A stretch of 64,000 nt of DNA, taken from the NCBI GenBank assembly GCA_963777605.1, contig CAVZRV010000029.1:64001-128000 (forward strand), written 5' to 3'. This document shows positions 9,614 to 19,974 of the stretch, piece after piece. Origin of the DNA: an uncultured Acidobacteriota bacterium. GTDB taxonomy: Bacteria; Acidobacteriota; UBA6911; RPQK01; JAPXNP01. A program made the translations under genes and the position numbers. Each line of letters starts with the position of its first letter. The stretch's first letter is position 1. The notes below the pieces were generated by a model. It was not told where the DNA came from and made no database searches. It saw only the letters and a list, made by a program, of their open reading frames with translations.

Positions 9614-12334
9614 TCATGCGCCGACCTGAAAGGATTCTCCTGCTCCGATGTCCACCGTGAGCGGGGGATCGAACTCCCGGACTCCGACAGATCCGAGTGT
9701 GAATTTGCGGATCGTGAGCCTTCCGCCGTGAACGTCCAGCCTGACCGATGACTGGTTTCCCTGTCGGCTGATTGAGCAGGTGCCCCAATCTTCACCATTG
9801 GACCAGAACCACTTCCCGGGACTCGAGGCGAAGGTCATTTCTGCACGGATTCCGTCGAACTGAAAGCCGGTCCACGCGAGAGCCGCCGCCCATGACGCCA
9901 TGGCACGGGCGTAGTGATGGCCACACTCGGCCTCGTCGAACGGGCTTCGTTTCCGCCCGTCGTAGCGGGCGCGGACGTGCCGGATGCAGTTCAACCCCTC
10001 CTCGGTCATTGCTTCGTACAACATCCCGACCGCGGCGGTGTATTCAAATCCGGTCATCACCTCCGAGAAGTAGGGGAAGGGGTTCTCGGGCCGGGATTTG
10101 GGGTAGTCGGCCATCAGAAGCCCTGCTTCATCGGCGAGGGCGAAGCTCCGCATGGCGTTGAAATGTTCGGAGAGACTGTCCCGCTGGTTGTACTTGAGGA
10201 TGCTCGCCAGGGTCCGGCGGACGTGATCCTGATCGAGAAGATATCCCAGGCCGCAGACATGCGCCATGAACTGGCCCACCAGTTGATCCACCAGGCAACC
10301 CGAAGCCAGCTGAAATTCCGGGTGGGTCGGGTCGGCAGCCCCCATGCCGACGAGTAGGCTCGGGGCGATGTCGGATCGATCCCGAGGCGGGCGAACCTGG
10401 TGCTCGTAATATTCCCCGTTGAAGAGGTTTTCATCGGTCCAGCGGCTCCCGTTGTCGAAGAGCCGGTCGCACCTCTCGGCGAACTCTTTGTCATCCATCT
10501 CTCGGGCCATTTCAGCGGTCGCCTTGAGAGCCCCCAGGTACCAGCCTTCCATCTGCGGATTGGGCCCGTAGTATTCGACGTCCATCGTGTTGTGCTGGCA
10601 TCCCTCCATGACGCCGTCCTGGTCGGCATCCCAACCCCCCGGGATCCAGCAGAACTCGAGGGCTTGTCGGACCTTGGGCCAGAGTTGCTGGAGGAAATTC
10701 CGGTTGCCCGAAAGCCGCCAGTCCCGGTACATCTTCATGATGCAGCCCATTTGGCCGTCGGCCGCGGCCTTTCCAAATTCGCGGGCCCGGTCCAGGGGGA
10801 GATGGACCCGGAAACTCATCATCCCGGCATCGTCGGTGGCGTGTCCGAACTCGACCTCACGCATGCTGCGGGCGAGGCTTCCGAACAAGAAGCCCGTGGC
10901 CTGCTCGTAGTTCCAGACATGGGTGCAGGACCCATGACAGCATCCTTTCTGGTTTCCGCAGCCCTCGAATCCAAAGAAGCGCCCATCCGGAGTTCGAAAG
11001 CTGGTCTGGGATCGGAGTGCGGTCAGGCTAAATCCGGCGGCTTCCTTGACCACGTCGGGAAGATCGGACCCGTAGAAGGAACGGGCGAACGTCTGAGTTC
11101 TCTCCCGGAGCTCAGAGGCACGGCGTGATACGTTGGCCGCCACATCCCAGGCGTCCGCAAAACGGGTCGTGTAATAGTTGCCGATCCGATCCTCCTCATT
11201 GGGGACATCGGATCTTGGTGTCCAGGTGTAGCGATTGGGAAAGTGCCAGGAGAGGAAGAAAGTCGTTGACCACGATTCTCGTGCAGGGGCGTTTCCCCTG
11301 ACGGCCAGCGATGCAATCGGCATATCTGAGCGGGCGTCTCGCGGTTCCAACATTCCGTCGGCCGAAAAGTCGTCCCAGAAATCGAGCCAGGCGTTGCCCC
11401 ACTGAATGCGGTCCCATCCGGTTCGGAAGGTTACCTCGTCCCGGGACGACGTTGCCAGTGCCATGCTTCCCCAGGCTGCGGACCGCGGGTCAACTCCTTC
11501 CGATGAGAAGAAGATCCCACGAAGTCCGTCTGCGTCGCGATACTGGTTTCGGTTGCCCTTGGCGCCGACCGGGTACTGGTCGCCTTTCCAGTCTCGCGCC
11601 AGTTCCCAGCCATCCATTCCAATGAAGTTCGGAACAGTACCGCAAATAGCGATCTCCAGTTCTCCTTCCGTTTGATTGACGACGTCAAAGGAAAGGATCG
11701 CCACGGGCAATCCCGAGTCCTCGGGGTTTCCAGGAACGAGGGGATTGAAGGCGTTGATCAGGACCCTGAAGGGCAAATCGGGATCGCTCAGGCTCACCTG
11801 TCCAAACGGGTAGGCGCTATCAAACGATGCCTGTGCAAAGCGGGGCAGGTTGTCGTTGGGAGTCGTGCTGCCGTGACTCCCTTCGAAGTCTCCCGCGCCC
11901 AGGGGGCCTTCAACGAGCCGAGTGTAGTGTGCGCCCTTGGTGTCGCGGGCGTAGATGATGAAGCAGGGATAGATATCTCCAGCGGAGGGGACAAAGCCCT
12001 TGGCCGGCCGGTTCATGATCTCCCAGTCGCGCAGGTCGCCGCGCCCACCAAGCGAAACCGTCCCGGTACCAATTCCTCCGATCGGCAGCGCGATCCGGTC
12101 CAAGTGGATGCCGTCGTAACGGCGAAAGGAAGGCCATCCGTCGATCACCCTCCATGCGGCCGCCGGCGCAGACCGGGCTGACGACGTTTCCGACCCGAGC
12201 ATTGAGGATCCCGCCGTCAGGCCAGCCAGTTTGACGAAATCGCGCCGGCCCAAGCCCCCGGATCCCGTCTCCCTGCAGCAGTCGGATCCGGGTGTAGAGC
12301 AGGTCTCGGGACCGGGATTCTTCTCTCGCTTCAT
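9614..12334 (-). CDS. GH116-family glycoside hydrolase with Tat signal
   Basis: GRRDFVK Tat motif; PIGGIGTG, GFEGC...CTHVWNY, AADGQMG, HNTMD, EVMTGFEY, EAECGHHYARAMASW. Confidence 0.88.
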   Translation of the reverse strand: MKREKNPGPETCSTPGSDCCRETGSGGLGRRDFVKLAGLTAGSSMLGSETSSARSAPAAAWRVIDGWPSFRRYDGIHLDRIALPIGGIGTGTVSLGGRGDLRDWEIMNRPAKGFVPSAGDIYPCFIIYARDTKGAHYTRLVEGPLGAGDFEGSHGSTTPNDNLPRFAQASFDSAYPFGQVSLSDPDLPFRVLINAFNPLVPGNPEDSGLPVAILSFDVVNQTEGELEIAICGTVPNFIGMDGWELARDWKGDQYPVGAKGNRNQYRDADGLRGIFFSSEGVDPRSAAWGSMALATSSRDEVTFRTGWDRIQWGNAWLDFWDDFSADGMLEPRDARSDMPIASLAVRGNAPARESWSTTFFLSWHFPNRYTWTPRSDVPNEEDRIGNYYTTRFADAWDVAANVSRRASELRERTQTFARSFYGSDLPDVVKEAAGFSLTALRSQTSFRTPDGRFFGFEGCGNQKGCCHGSCTHVWNYEQATGFLFGSLARSMREVEFGHATDDAGMMSFRVHLPLDRAREFGKAAADGQMGCIMKMYRDWRLSGNRNFLQQLWPKVRQALEFCWIPGGWDADQDGVMEGCQHNTMDVEYYGPNPQMEGWYLGALKATAEMAREMDDKEFAERCDRLFDNGSRWTDENLFNGEYYEHQVRPPRDRSDIAPSLLVGMGAADPTHPEFQLASGCLVDQLVGQFMAHVCGLGYLLDQDHVRRTLASILKYNQRDSLSEHFNAMRSFALADEAGLLMADYPKSRPENPFPYFSEVMTGFEYTAAVGMLYEAMTEEGLNCIRHVRARYDGRKRSPFDEAECGHHYARAMASWAAALAWTGFQFDGIRAEMTFASSPGKWFWSNGEDWGTCSISRQGNQSSVRLDVHGGRLTIRKFTLGSVGVREFDPPLTVDIGAGESFQVGA

Positions 12335-12363
12335 CGATGCCTCCTGAAAGGCATTGTATCCCC

Positions 12364-12520
12364 GGCAGGGATGCCTGGAGAAAGGTGTGGGACGTAGTCC
12401 AATCTGCCAGCCTGTTGGGTCAAACGGGCCGGCGGCCCGCTCAGGTTTGACGGTACCCGTGGGCGCCGGGCAAAGCTGCCGGCGGACATTCCAGGCAAGG
12501 CTGGCTGGAGTATCACGGAA
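12364..12520. repeat. Intergenic palindromic element related to the dispersed repeat family
   Basis: 12364-12379 is the exact reverse complement of 57605-57620 (TCCAGGCATCCCTGCC); GCCGGGCAAAGCTGCCGGCGG resembles the module-1 palindrome. Confidence 0.55.
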
Positions 12521-12578
12521 ACCAGTTCAACCTGCACGTCTCGGCCAGTAGACAAGCAGGGATTCTTTTTCTACCCCC

Positions 12579-12788
12579 TCAGGGATTCCGATGCATCATC
12601 GAGGACACGCTGGCGACGGCGAAAAGTACCACCGAGACCGCGGTAATCGTTCCCATCACGCAGTGAGCCAGGAATCCGTCATTTGGGCCATGCATGCTGC
12701 AGACGGCGGCCCATCCAAGTGCAAGCAGTGCCGCGAGGCTTGCTACTCCCATCAACACTGCCATCCGATTCGAGTCGTGACTTGCCAT
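12579..12788 (-). CDS. Small hypothetical two-helix membrane protein (~69 aa)
   Basis: GGAGGGG RBS before ATG 12788; two hydrophobic segments. Confidence 0.5.
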   Translation of the reverse strand: MASHDSNRMAVLMGVASLAALLALGWAAVCSMHGPNDGFLAHCVMGTITAVSVVLFAVASVSSMMHRNP

Positions 12789-13212
12789 TAGTTCCCCTCC
12801 ACTGATGCCTGAGCGCCTTGCAGCACGCACATCAATGGCGCACGGCAGACGCCTACCTATGTTGAGGAAGCGAGGTCGGGCAGGAACTCGAGGCGCCGTT
12901 CAGTGCTCACTGGAGGACGAGCCGAAGAGTCGGAACTTTCGCTTCAAATCGAGTTTCGCGTTCAATATTGAACTGTCGCGAGACTTCCCCTGAGTGCCCA
13001 TCAGTTTCGGCGAAGTGGCTAAGAATGTCAAGATGGAACTATTTCATTTTGTCAACGAAAGACCCAGATTCAAACTGACCCGAGTCCCGCCCCGCGGGAC
13101 GATATGAAACCCTGGCAGGATCGACGATTATTGATTGGTGATCTTTCCCTGAAAAATACCTCGCTCAAGATTGAAATCGAATAACATCCCTACCCGAGAC
13201 CCAGTCTTCCGC

Positions 13213-15171
13213 TCAGAATTGGAATTCGAGCCCCCCGCGGAGGCGCCTTCCCGGGGAGGGAAAACCGGCGATTTCCTGATATTCTCGGTTGAACAAATTC
13301 TCCGCCCGAAAGACAGCTGAAAGCACGCGGCGGCCATCTTCGACTCGCAGCAGGGGGACGGATCCGAAACAGTCGGCCCGTAAATATCCCGGAAGCGTGA
13401 CCCGCGTACTCGTGTAGTCGGGCAGGAAGATACGGTCATCGCGGGCTCCTTTGTAGAGGAGATCCAGGCGGAGATGCAGGCGGGACTGGTCGAACTCTCC
13501 GAAGACTCCCGCCAGGTGGCGCGGTCTCCGAAGCAGGGGGCGGCCCTTTTCAAAATTGCCTGAGGGGACAGAGCCGGCGTTGGTGACTTTCGTGGCAGTA
13601 AACGTGTACCAACTGCCGAAGGTCACGAATGTACCTGTCCTCCAGGTTCCCTGGAACTCGAGGCCCCGGCTGTTGGCGGCTTCCACGTTGAGATAGTTTG
13701 GAGAACCGGGAGCCGTGGCGAACGTGAATTCGATCAGGTCCCGGAACCGGTTAGAAAAGGCCGTCGTGGAGAGTTGCAGGCCGGATCCGCTGAGAGTGAG
13801 GTCCACTCCGGCTTCCACCGCGGTGTTCTTCTCCGGCCGCAAGTTGGGGTTTCCTGCAATTCCATATTCGGGGAACCCGACGATTTCCGCGAATGAAGGC
13901 GCCCTGAAGCCATTTCCCACGCTTCCCCGAACGCGCAGAGTATCGTTCACCAGGTAGGAGGCGTCGAACTGGCCGGTCACGAAGTCCGAAAAGCGGTTGT
14001 TGTCTTCACGGCGGACTCCGCCGGTGAGGAACAACCGGTCACCGATCGAGACCTGGTCCTGGACATACAGCCCGAAGCTTCGGCGAGTCGAGTGGATGTC
14101 GTGGGAAGTCTCTTCTTTCCAGGATGCCCCGGTTGCCACCAGGTGGCCCGGGATCAGTCTCATCGTATTTTGCCAGTCGACGTAGTGTCGGTTCTCGTCA
14201 CTCTCGAAAATGGAATCGTAGAAATCGGTCACTCCGTCGTAGAGGGTGTAGTTGCTGGAGTGATGGCTGAAATAGCCGTACTGGATCCGGGAATCGTAAT
14301 TGGCGGAGAATTTCCGCTGAATGTGCACCGAGTATGTCTGCTCGGCAACGTCCCGGTAGTCGTTTGGATCGACGATCGCTCCGGCATCGTCGGTCGGAAC
14401 GTGTTGCGTCCCGGTATTGTAGCGGAGAGACCCCCCCAGAGTCGTCCCCGGCGAAAGCTCGATGTCGTTGCGCGCCGACAGGTCGCTTCGGCGATACCCG
14501 CTGTTGAAGTTGAAGATGCCGTCGGTCTGCGTGCTCAAGGCTCCCAGGGAATAACGGATTCGATCGGATCCTCCGTCAACCTGGGCCAGGTAGTCCTGGC
14601 TTCCCCTGCTGCCTCCGAGGGCACTGGCCCGTCCACCGGGAGAACCGGCCCTCCGTCCCGAGCGGGTGATGATGTGGATGGTCGATGAAACCGCCTCGGT
14701 TCCGTAGAGTACCGACGAGGGACCCCGGACAATCTCGATGCGTTCGATATTGGCGGTCGATAGGTTGGCGAGGTCGAACTCGCCCCCGGGCCGGTTGACC
14801 TGGACACCGTCGATCAGGACCAGGTTGAAATCACTCTCACCGCCCCGCACGAAAACTGATGTCGCCCCGCCGTAGGAGCCGGACCGCGCAACACTGAAAC
14901 CAGGGACCGTTTCGAGAACTTCAGCGACCGTGACGGCGCCGGACTCTTCGATCTCCTTGCTATTGACAATCGTTACCGAACGACCCAGTTCTCCGACCTG
15001 GGTGGGGGTTCTCGTCGCGGTGACGGTGACTTCTTCGTGCGGCCCCTTGCTCTTCTCAATTTTGGAAGGAGGCTGGGGATTCGGTTTCTTGGATTGGTGC
15101 TCATTGGCACCGAACAGGGTTGGAGGGAGACACACCAATGCCAAGCCCAGAAGAAAATGGGAAATGTTCAC
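13213..15171 (-). CDS. btuB: TonB-dependent receptor, probable cobalamin transporter (BtuB-like)
   Basis: EEVTVTATR TonB-box region, IERIEIVRGPSSVLYG, ENLFNREY, terminal Phe; GTG 15171 with AGGAGG RBS; directly downstream of a cobalamin riboswitch. Confidence 0.85.
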   Translation of the reverse strand: MNISHFLLGLALVCLPPTLFGANEHQSKKPNPQPPSKIEKSKGPHEEVTVTATRTPTQVGELGRSVTIVNSKEIEESGAVTVAEVLETVPGFSVARSGSYGGATSVFVRGGESDFNLVLIDGVQVNRPGGEFDLANLSTANIERIEIVRGPSSVLYGTEAVSSTIHIITRSGRRAGSPGGRASALGGSRGSQDYLAQVDGGSDRIRYSLGALSTQTDGIFNFNSGYRRSDLSARNDIELSPGTTLGGSLRYNTGTQHVPTDDAGAIVDPNDYRDVAEQTYSVHIQRKFSANYDSRIQYGYFSHHSSNYTLYDGVTDFYDSIFESDENRHYVDWQNTMRLIPGHLVATGASWKEETSHDIHSTRRSFGLYVQDQVSIGDRLFLTGGVRREDNNRFSDFVTGQFDASYLVNDTLRVRGSVGNGFRAPSFAEIVGFPEYGIAGNPNLRPEKNTAVEAGVDLTLSGSGLQLSTTAFSNRFRDLIEFTFATAPGSPNYLNVEAANSRGLEFQGTWRTGTFVTFGSWYTFTATKVTNAGSVPSGNFEKGRPLLRRPRHLAGVFGEFDQSRLHLRLDLLYKGARDDRIFLPDYTSTRVTLPGYLRADCFGSVPLLRVEDGRRVLSAVFRAENLFNREYQEIAGFPSPGRRLRGGLEFQF

Positions 15172-15211
15172 GAATTTCCTCCTGCTTTCCCTTCGAAAGC
15201 ATTTGAGGTAC

Positions 15212-15375
15212 GGATGGCCCGGTCTCCTGGCTTGCGGGTACCTACTTGCCACGCCTTCCCGTCCACCAGCAGGGACAGTGGCTTCATGCGGCTTTCGCGT
15301 CCGCTCACAGTTGCGAGGGCAGCGCCGGATTCGCACCGGACTTCCCGTTCGACCAACCGCCTCGATTGGCAATTG
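15212..15375 (-). promoter_or_regulatory. Cobalamin riboswitch
   Basis: Minus strand reads GGGAAGTCCGGTGCGAATCCGGCGCTGCCCTCGCAACTGTGA...GCCACTG...GGGAAGGC...AAGCCAGGAGACC (B12 box); boundaries approximate. Confidence 0.93.
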
Positions 15376-15388
15376 CTGGAACAGCGAA

Positions 15389-15437
15389 CAGAATTCGAAA
15401 ATCAGAATACAGAATTCAGAAGACAGAATACAGGACA
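15389..15437. repeat. Heptamer tandem repeat (CAGAATW-like x7)
   Basis: CAGAATT CGAAAAT CAGAATA CAGAATT CAGAAGA CAGAATA CAGGACA. Confidence 0.8.
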
Positions 15438-15563
15438 CCGGCGACGGGAGATAGAATGTCGTTTACAGAGGCACCCGCAGGAATCCCTGCCTGGGGGCAG
15501 CAATTCTGAAAAAAGGACTCAAGCGCTGTGCCTACTCGCGGGGCAATCTCTCCGGTCTCCTGC

Positions 15564-17147
15564 CTATCCCCGGCCTTCTGCCTCGACCCGTTGAATGATT
15601 CCCCGAATCTTGGGGGTCATGAGAGCAATGGCGAGACCGGCCAGAACAGCGGCGGCGAAGTTGGTTCCGAAAATTCCCATAATCGGAATGTCTTCCCAGA
15701 ACCCGGCGAGGACTCCGGCCAGCTTGTTGCCAATCGAAGTCGCAAGAAACCAGCCTCCCATCATGAGGCCGGTCACGCGAGCAGGAGCGAGCTTGGACAC
15801 AAGCGCAAGTCCCATTGGACTCAAACAGAGTTCTCCCACTGTGATCACTCCATAAGTTCCCACCAACCAGAGCGGGGAGACTTTGGCCGCTCCACCATGT
15901 GAGACTGCTACCGCACCGATCATAAACAGTGTGGAAATAGCGGTGATCACCATCCCCCAGGCAATCTTGGCCGGGGTGGACGGTTCCAGATTCCTTTTCC
16001 TGAGGTAACTCCAGAGTCCCACGAGCAGCGGAGTCAGTATCACAATGAAGCCCGGGTTGATCGACTGAAAGAGTTCCGTCGAAATCAGGGTGACCCGTTT
16101 CCCTGCCGGTGGCCGATCTTCGGGAGGGACATTGTGCCAATAGGCTCCCTGGGCACCGGGGTCAGTTATGGTTTTCCCGATGGTTGCGTCCTGGTCGAGG
16201 TAGAGAGTACGCAGAGCCGGGGCCAGCACACCGGCCTCGCGCTGCGTGTTTTCTTCGGCCCAGTACGTCAACGTTGAGCCGTTCTGGTGGAAGATCATCC
16301 AGAAAATGATGACCACACTGAAAATTGCCAGCAGGGCGCCAATGCGTCCCTTCTCTCCCGGAGGTGCCTGGTACCAGAGCATGACGTAGAACAGGACGAT
16401 AGGAATTGAGGCCGCGACAAAGGCTCCTGTGGTCGCTCCACGAAAGAGCCCTCCGAGGAAGATGTAACCCAGGGTTCCGGTGGCAAGTGCGGGCAGGATG
16501 GCCTGGTATAGGAGTTTTTTGAGGATCCCCGGTTCGACTGCCGATCCATCCCCCCGGTCTGGGGCATCAGCCAATTGTCTCTGGTTGGAAGCGAATATCA
16601 GGACCCCAACGAGCATCCCGATTCCCGCCGCAAGGAAAGCCCAGCCCCAGCCGAAACGATTTCGCAACAGCGCCGCGACGAAGTTGCATGTGAATGCCCC
16701 GATATTGATCCCCATGTAGAAGATGTTGTACCCGGTGTCCTTCAGCGGACTTCCGCTCGGGTAGAGGCGCCCAACGATGGTGGAGATGTTGGGCTTGAAA
16801 AAGCCATTACCGAGGATGATAAGGGCCAGCCCCGAATAGAAGGCGGTGAGGCCGGAGAAGGCGAGCGTCATATAGCCGGCGGCCATCAGCAGACCGCCGG
16901 TGATCACCGATTTCCGGTACCCCAGGAGACGGTCTGCCATGATGCCACCCAGAAACGGCGTCAGGTAGACCAGGGCAATGAACGTTCCGTAGACGTCGGC
17001 TGCCCTTTCTCTCGGGAAAGCCAGCCCTCCTGTCATTGAGTCCATCATGTACAGGGAGAGGATTCCGATCATGAGGTAGTAGCCGAAGCGTTCCCACATT
17101 TCCGTGAAAAAGAGCACTTTGAGTCCTCGGGGATGTCCTTCGAACAC
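15564..17147 (-). CDS. POT/PTR-family proton-dependent oligopeptide transporter (MFS)
   Basis: FFTEMWERFGYY, GNGFFKPNIS, FYMGINIG, FQSINP, GELCLSP; GTG 17147 with GGAGG RBS. Confidence 0.92.
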   Translation of the reverse strand: MFEGHPRGLKVLFFTEMWERFGYYLMIGILSLYMMDSMTGGLAFPRERAADVYGTFIALVYLTPFLGGIMADRLLGYRKSVITGGLLMAAGYMTLAFSGLTAFYSGLALIILGNGFFKPNISTIVGRLYPSGSPLKDTGYNIFYMGINIGAFTCNFVAALLRNRFGWGWAFLAAGIGMLVGVLIFASNQRQLADAPDRGDGSAVEPGILKKLLYQAILPALATGTLGYIFLGGLFRGATTGAFVAASIPIVLFYVMLWYQAPPGEKGRIGALLAIFSVVIIFWMIFHQNGSTLTYWAEENTQREAGVLAPALRTLYLDQDATIGKTITDPGAQGAYWHNVPPEDRPPAGKRVTLISTELFQSINPGFIVILTPLLVGLWSYLRKRNLEPSTPAKIAWGMVITAISTLFMIGAVAVSHGGAAKVSPLWLVGTYGVITVGELCLSPMGLALVSKLAPARVTGLMMGGWFLATSIGNKLAGVLAGFWEDIPIMGIFGTNFAAAVLAGLAIALMTPKIRGIIQRVEAEGRG

Positions 17148-17408
17148 GATTACCTCCCGGTTGAAGTGACCACGATTCCAGGTTCGGCGCGTTGTGCGTC
17201 CCCATAAGATAGCCGATTGCCGAAGCCGAAGGGCAAATCCGAGGTTCATGGGGAACCCCGATTCACCGGTCGATCTCCACGTTGTGGACTGGTGCGTCTT
17301 GACCGGCCGGGAGGGGCTGGTTAGACTGGCGACAGAGAGTTCCACTGCCGTTCTCAGGCTGTGGAAACTGAGTTTCCTGGCAACTGGTTCGAGGGTCAAG
17401 GGGGCGTA

Positions 17409-18663
17409 ATGTCTACTCATCACGATTGCGATGTCCTGGTTGCGGGTGGCGGGCCTGTGGGCCTGTTCTCCGCGTTGATGTTGGCCAGAAATGGGGTCAA
17501 CGTGATCCTCCTCGAGGAGCAGTGGCGGGCTGCGACCCGAAGCTACGCTTTGGGGCTCCATCCCGAGTCTCTTCGGATCCTCGGCCGCATCGATCTTTCG
17601 GCAGACCTCCTTGGAAAAGGTACTTCGGTCGAGCACTTCGGTCTCTACGGCGAAGGGCACAAGCAGGCGGAGATCCTGCTTTCGAAACTCCCCGGCGATT
17701 TTCCGAACGTGCTGGTCCTGCCCCAACATCTTCTCGAGCACGTCCTGATTGAAGCTCTCGAGAAGGCCGGGGGCCGGCTTCTGTGGAATCATCGACTGGC
17801 GGGATTCGATGAGAATCCGGACGGTGTGGTGGGGAGGGTGGAACGGCTGACTAAGGAGTCCAGCGGTTACTCGGTCACGCACACCGAGTGGGTGACCGAC
17901 AAGACTTTTGAAGTGAAGGCCGCATTCCTGATCGGGGCGGACGGTCACCGCTCGCTTGTCCGACGGACCCTGGATATCGGCTTCCCCACTTCAGGCAATT
18001 CGAACACCTTTGCCGTCTTTGAGTTCTCCACCGTTAGCCCGGTGCAAAGCGAACTCGGGATCGTCCTCGAGAAGAACAGTACCAACGTTCTCTGGCCGCT
18101 CCCTGATGGGCGCTTTCGCTGGAGCTTCGAACTGCCCGATTTCGACGAGCGCCCCGATCCCCGGGTCAAAAGCCGACTCTTCGTCCAGGTCCGGGATGAA
18201 TCTTACCCGCACGTAACCGAGGACAAGCTGGCCGAGTTGATCTCCGACCGCGCTCCCTGGTGGCCGCACAGAGTTGTCGAGGTCTTCTGGTCGGCGGCAG
18301 TCCGATTTGAACGGCGGCTGGCCCGGACGGTTCGGGCGGGGACGAGTCTGGCTGGCCGGCGATGCCGCGCACTTGGCGTTGCCGATCGGGATTCAGAGTA
18401 TGAATATCGGCTTCCGGGAAGCTTCTGATCTGACCTCCCGGCTCACCGATGTCGTGAAGGGAAAGAGCCCCGTCGAGAGTGTCCAAGGGTACGACGATAC
18501 CTGGCGGAAGGCGTGGGCGGACCTGCTCCGAATGTCGGATCAGCCGGTCATCGCCGCGAACGCCAGCCCGTGGGTGCGGGAACGCGCCGCCCAGATCCCG
18601 CCCTGTATTCCGGCCTCGGGGGACGACCTGAAGGCGCTCCTGAACCAGGTGGGACTCGGCTGA
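17409..18663 (+). CDS. FAD-dependent monooxygenase (PHBH/PheA-like) with frameshift near 18330
   Basis: VLVAGGGPVG and IGADGHRS in the first frame; GRVWLAGDAAH...QSMNIG continues in the +1 frame from 18331. Confidence 0.8.
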
Positions 18664-18742
18664 GCCGTTTTCTGCTTGCGGAATTCCGCATTACAACAAG
18701 ACGGATGTCGGCGACACTCCGAATCGAAGCAGCCGGCGAGGC

Positions 18743-19954
18743 TCACATGTTCTCGAACGACAGGGACTCTGCCAGCCGGGGATCTTTTGTTGGGATCAGC
18801 GCCGGCCCAATGGCCAGCCGGATGAATACCGCCACAAAAAGTCCTCCCACTCCTATGAAGAGCACCGGGTCGAGCAGATGGGGCAGGAATCCCTCCGTCT
18901 GAAAGCCTGGCATGACCAGCCAGTACAGGTCCACGTAGTGCATGAACAGGAGCCAGATTGCCGTTCCCGCGAGGATCTTGCGATTTCGCTTGGCGCCCCT
19001 CGAGATGATGACGAAGAAGGGGATGACGAAATGTCCCGCAGCGAGCAGGATCGAGACGTACTGCCAGCCGTGCTCCCATCGCTTTCCGAACCAGATGGTT
19101 TCTTCCGGAATGTTGGCATACCAGATCAGCATGAACTGGGAAAAGGCGATGTAGGCCCAAAAGACGACGAACCCGAACAGGAGCTTGCCCAGGTCGTGAA
19201 AGTGCTCTTCGTTGACGATGTTGGTGAGGAGGCCGCGGTTTTGGAATGTCATGAGGACCAGTATCAGGAACGACAGCGCCGCAACGAAGGCCCCTGCAAA
19301 CACGTAGACCCCGAAAATGGTGGAGTACCAGTGGGGATCCAGTGACATGATCCAGTCAAAGGAGGCGAAGGTGACCGTGATGGCGTACCAGAGAATTGCC
19401 GGAGCGCAGACGTTCTGAAGGACCCGCGTGGTTCGGGGGGAACCGTCGAGGTCCTGCTGCATGGAGCGCTTCCGGATCCACAGTGCGAGGGCCGACCAGC
19501 TGACCAGGTAGATCAACGTCCGGATCAGGAAGAACGGGACGTTCAGGTAGCCGGCTTTTCCCTGCAGGACGGGGTCCTGGGCGACATGTTCCGCGTGGGC
19601 CCACGGGTAGAGGTCGTGAAGGCCCGCCAAGATGGGAATAAACAACACTGCGAAAAGTGGAATCGTGGCTGCCAGGTTCTCGGCCTGACGGCGGACCGCC
19701 ACGCTCCAGCCGGCGCGGGTAACAAACTGGATCAGGACGAAGATCAGTCCTCCCAGGGCCAGGGTGATAAAGAACAGAAACGCGGTCAGATAGGAATAGA
19801 AGAACTGCTGCATGTTCCCCATGCCCAGGAAGGCTCCCAGGGCCAGGGCGACAATTCCGACCGCCGCCGAAATCCAGGCTGTTCTGCCCAGCGGGTCATC
19901 CGCCGAAACCGTTATCTCATGAGAAGGAATGGAAATCTGTCTATCTACTGCCAC
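18743..19954 (-). CDS. actF: Alternative complex III subunit ActF (integral membrane)
   Basis: FDWIMSLDPHWYSTIFG, HDLGKLLFGF...QFMLIWYANIPEE. Confidence 0.85.
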   Translation of the reverse strand: MAVDRQISIPSHEITVSADDPLGRTAWISAAVGIVALALGAFLGMGNMQQFFYSYLTAFLFFITLALGGLIFVLIQFVTRAGWSVAVRRQAENLAATIPLFAVLFIPILAGLHDLYPWAHAEHVAQDPVLQGKAGYLNVPFFLIRTLIYLVSWSALALWIRKRSMQQDLDGSPRTTRVLQNVCAPAILWYAITVTFASFDWIMSLDPHWYSTIFGVYVFAGAFVAALSFLILVLMTFQNRGLLTNIVNEEHFHDLGKLLFGFVVFWAYIAFSQFMLIWYANIPEETIWFGKRWEHGWQYVSILLAAGHFVIPFFVIISRGAKRNRKILAGTAIWLLFMHYVDLYWLVMPGFQTEGFLPHLLDPVLFIGVGGLFVAVFIRLAIGPALIPTKDPRLAESLSFENM

Positions 19955-19974
19955 GATTCAAACCTTTCCTGGTT

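Noticed and set aside
15172-15438. N-terminal extension of the TonB-dependent receptor ORF
   Set aside because: Runs through the riboswitch and heptamer repeat; the RBS supports a start at 15171.
17148-17948. N-terminal extension of the 794-aa POT transporter ORF
   Set aside because: Antisense to the FAD monooxygenase; a good RBS and GTG at 17147 mark the real start.
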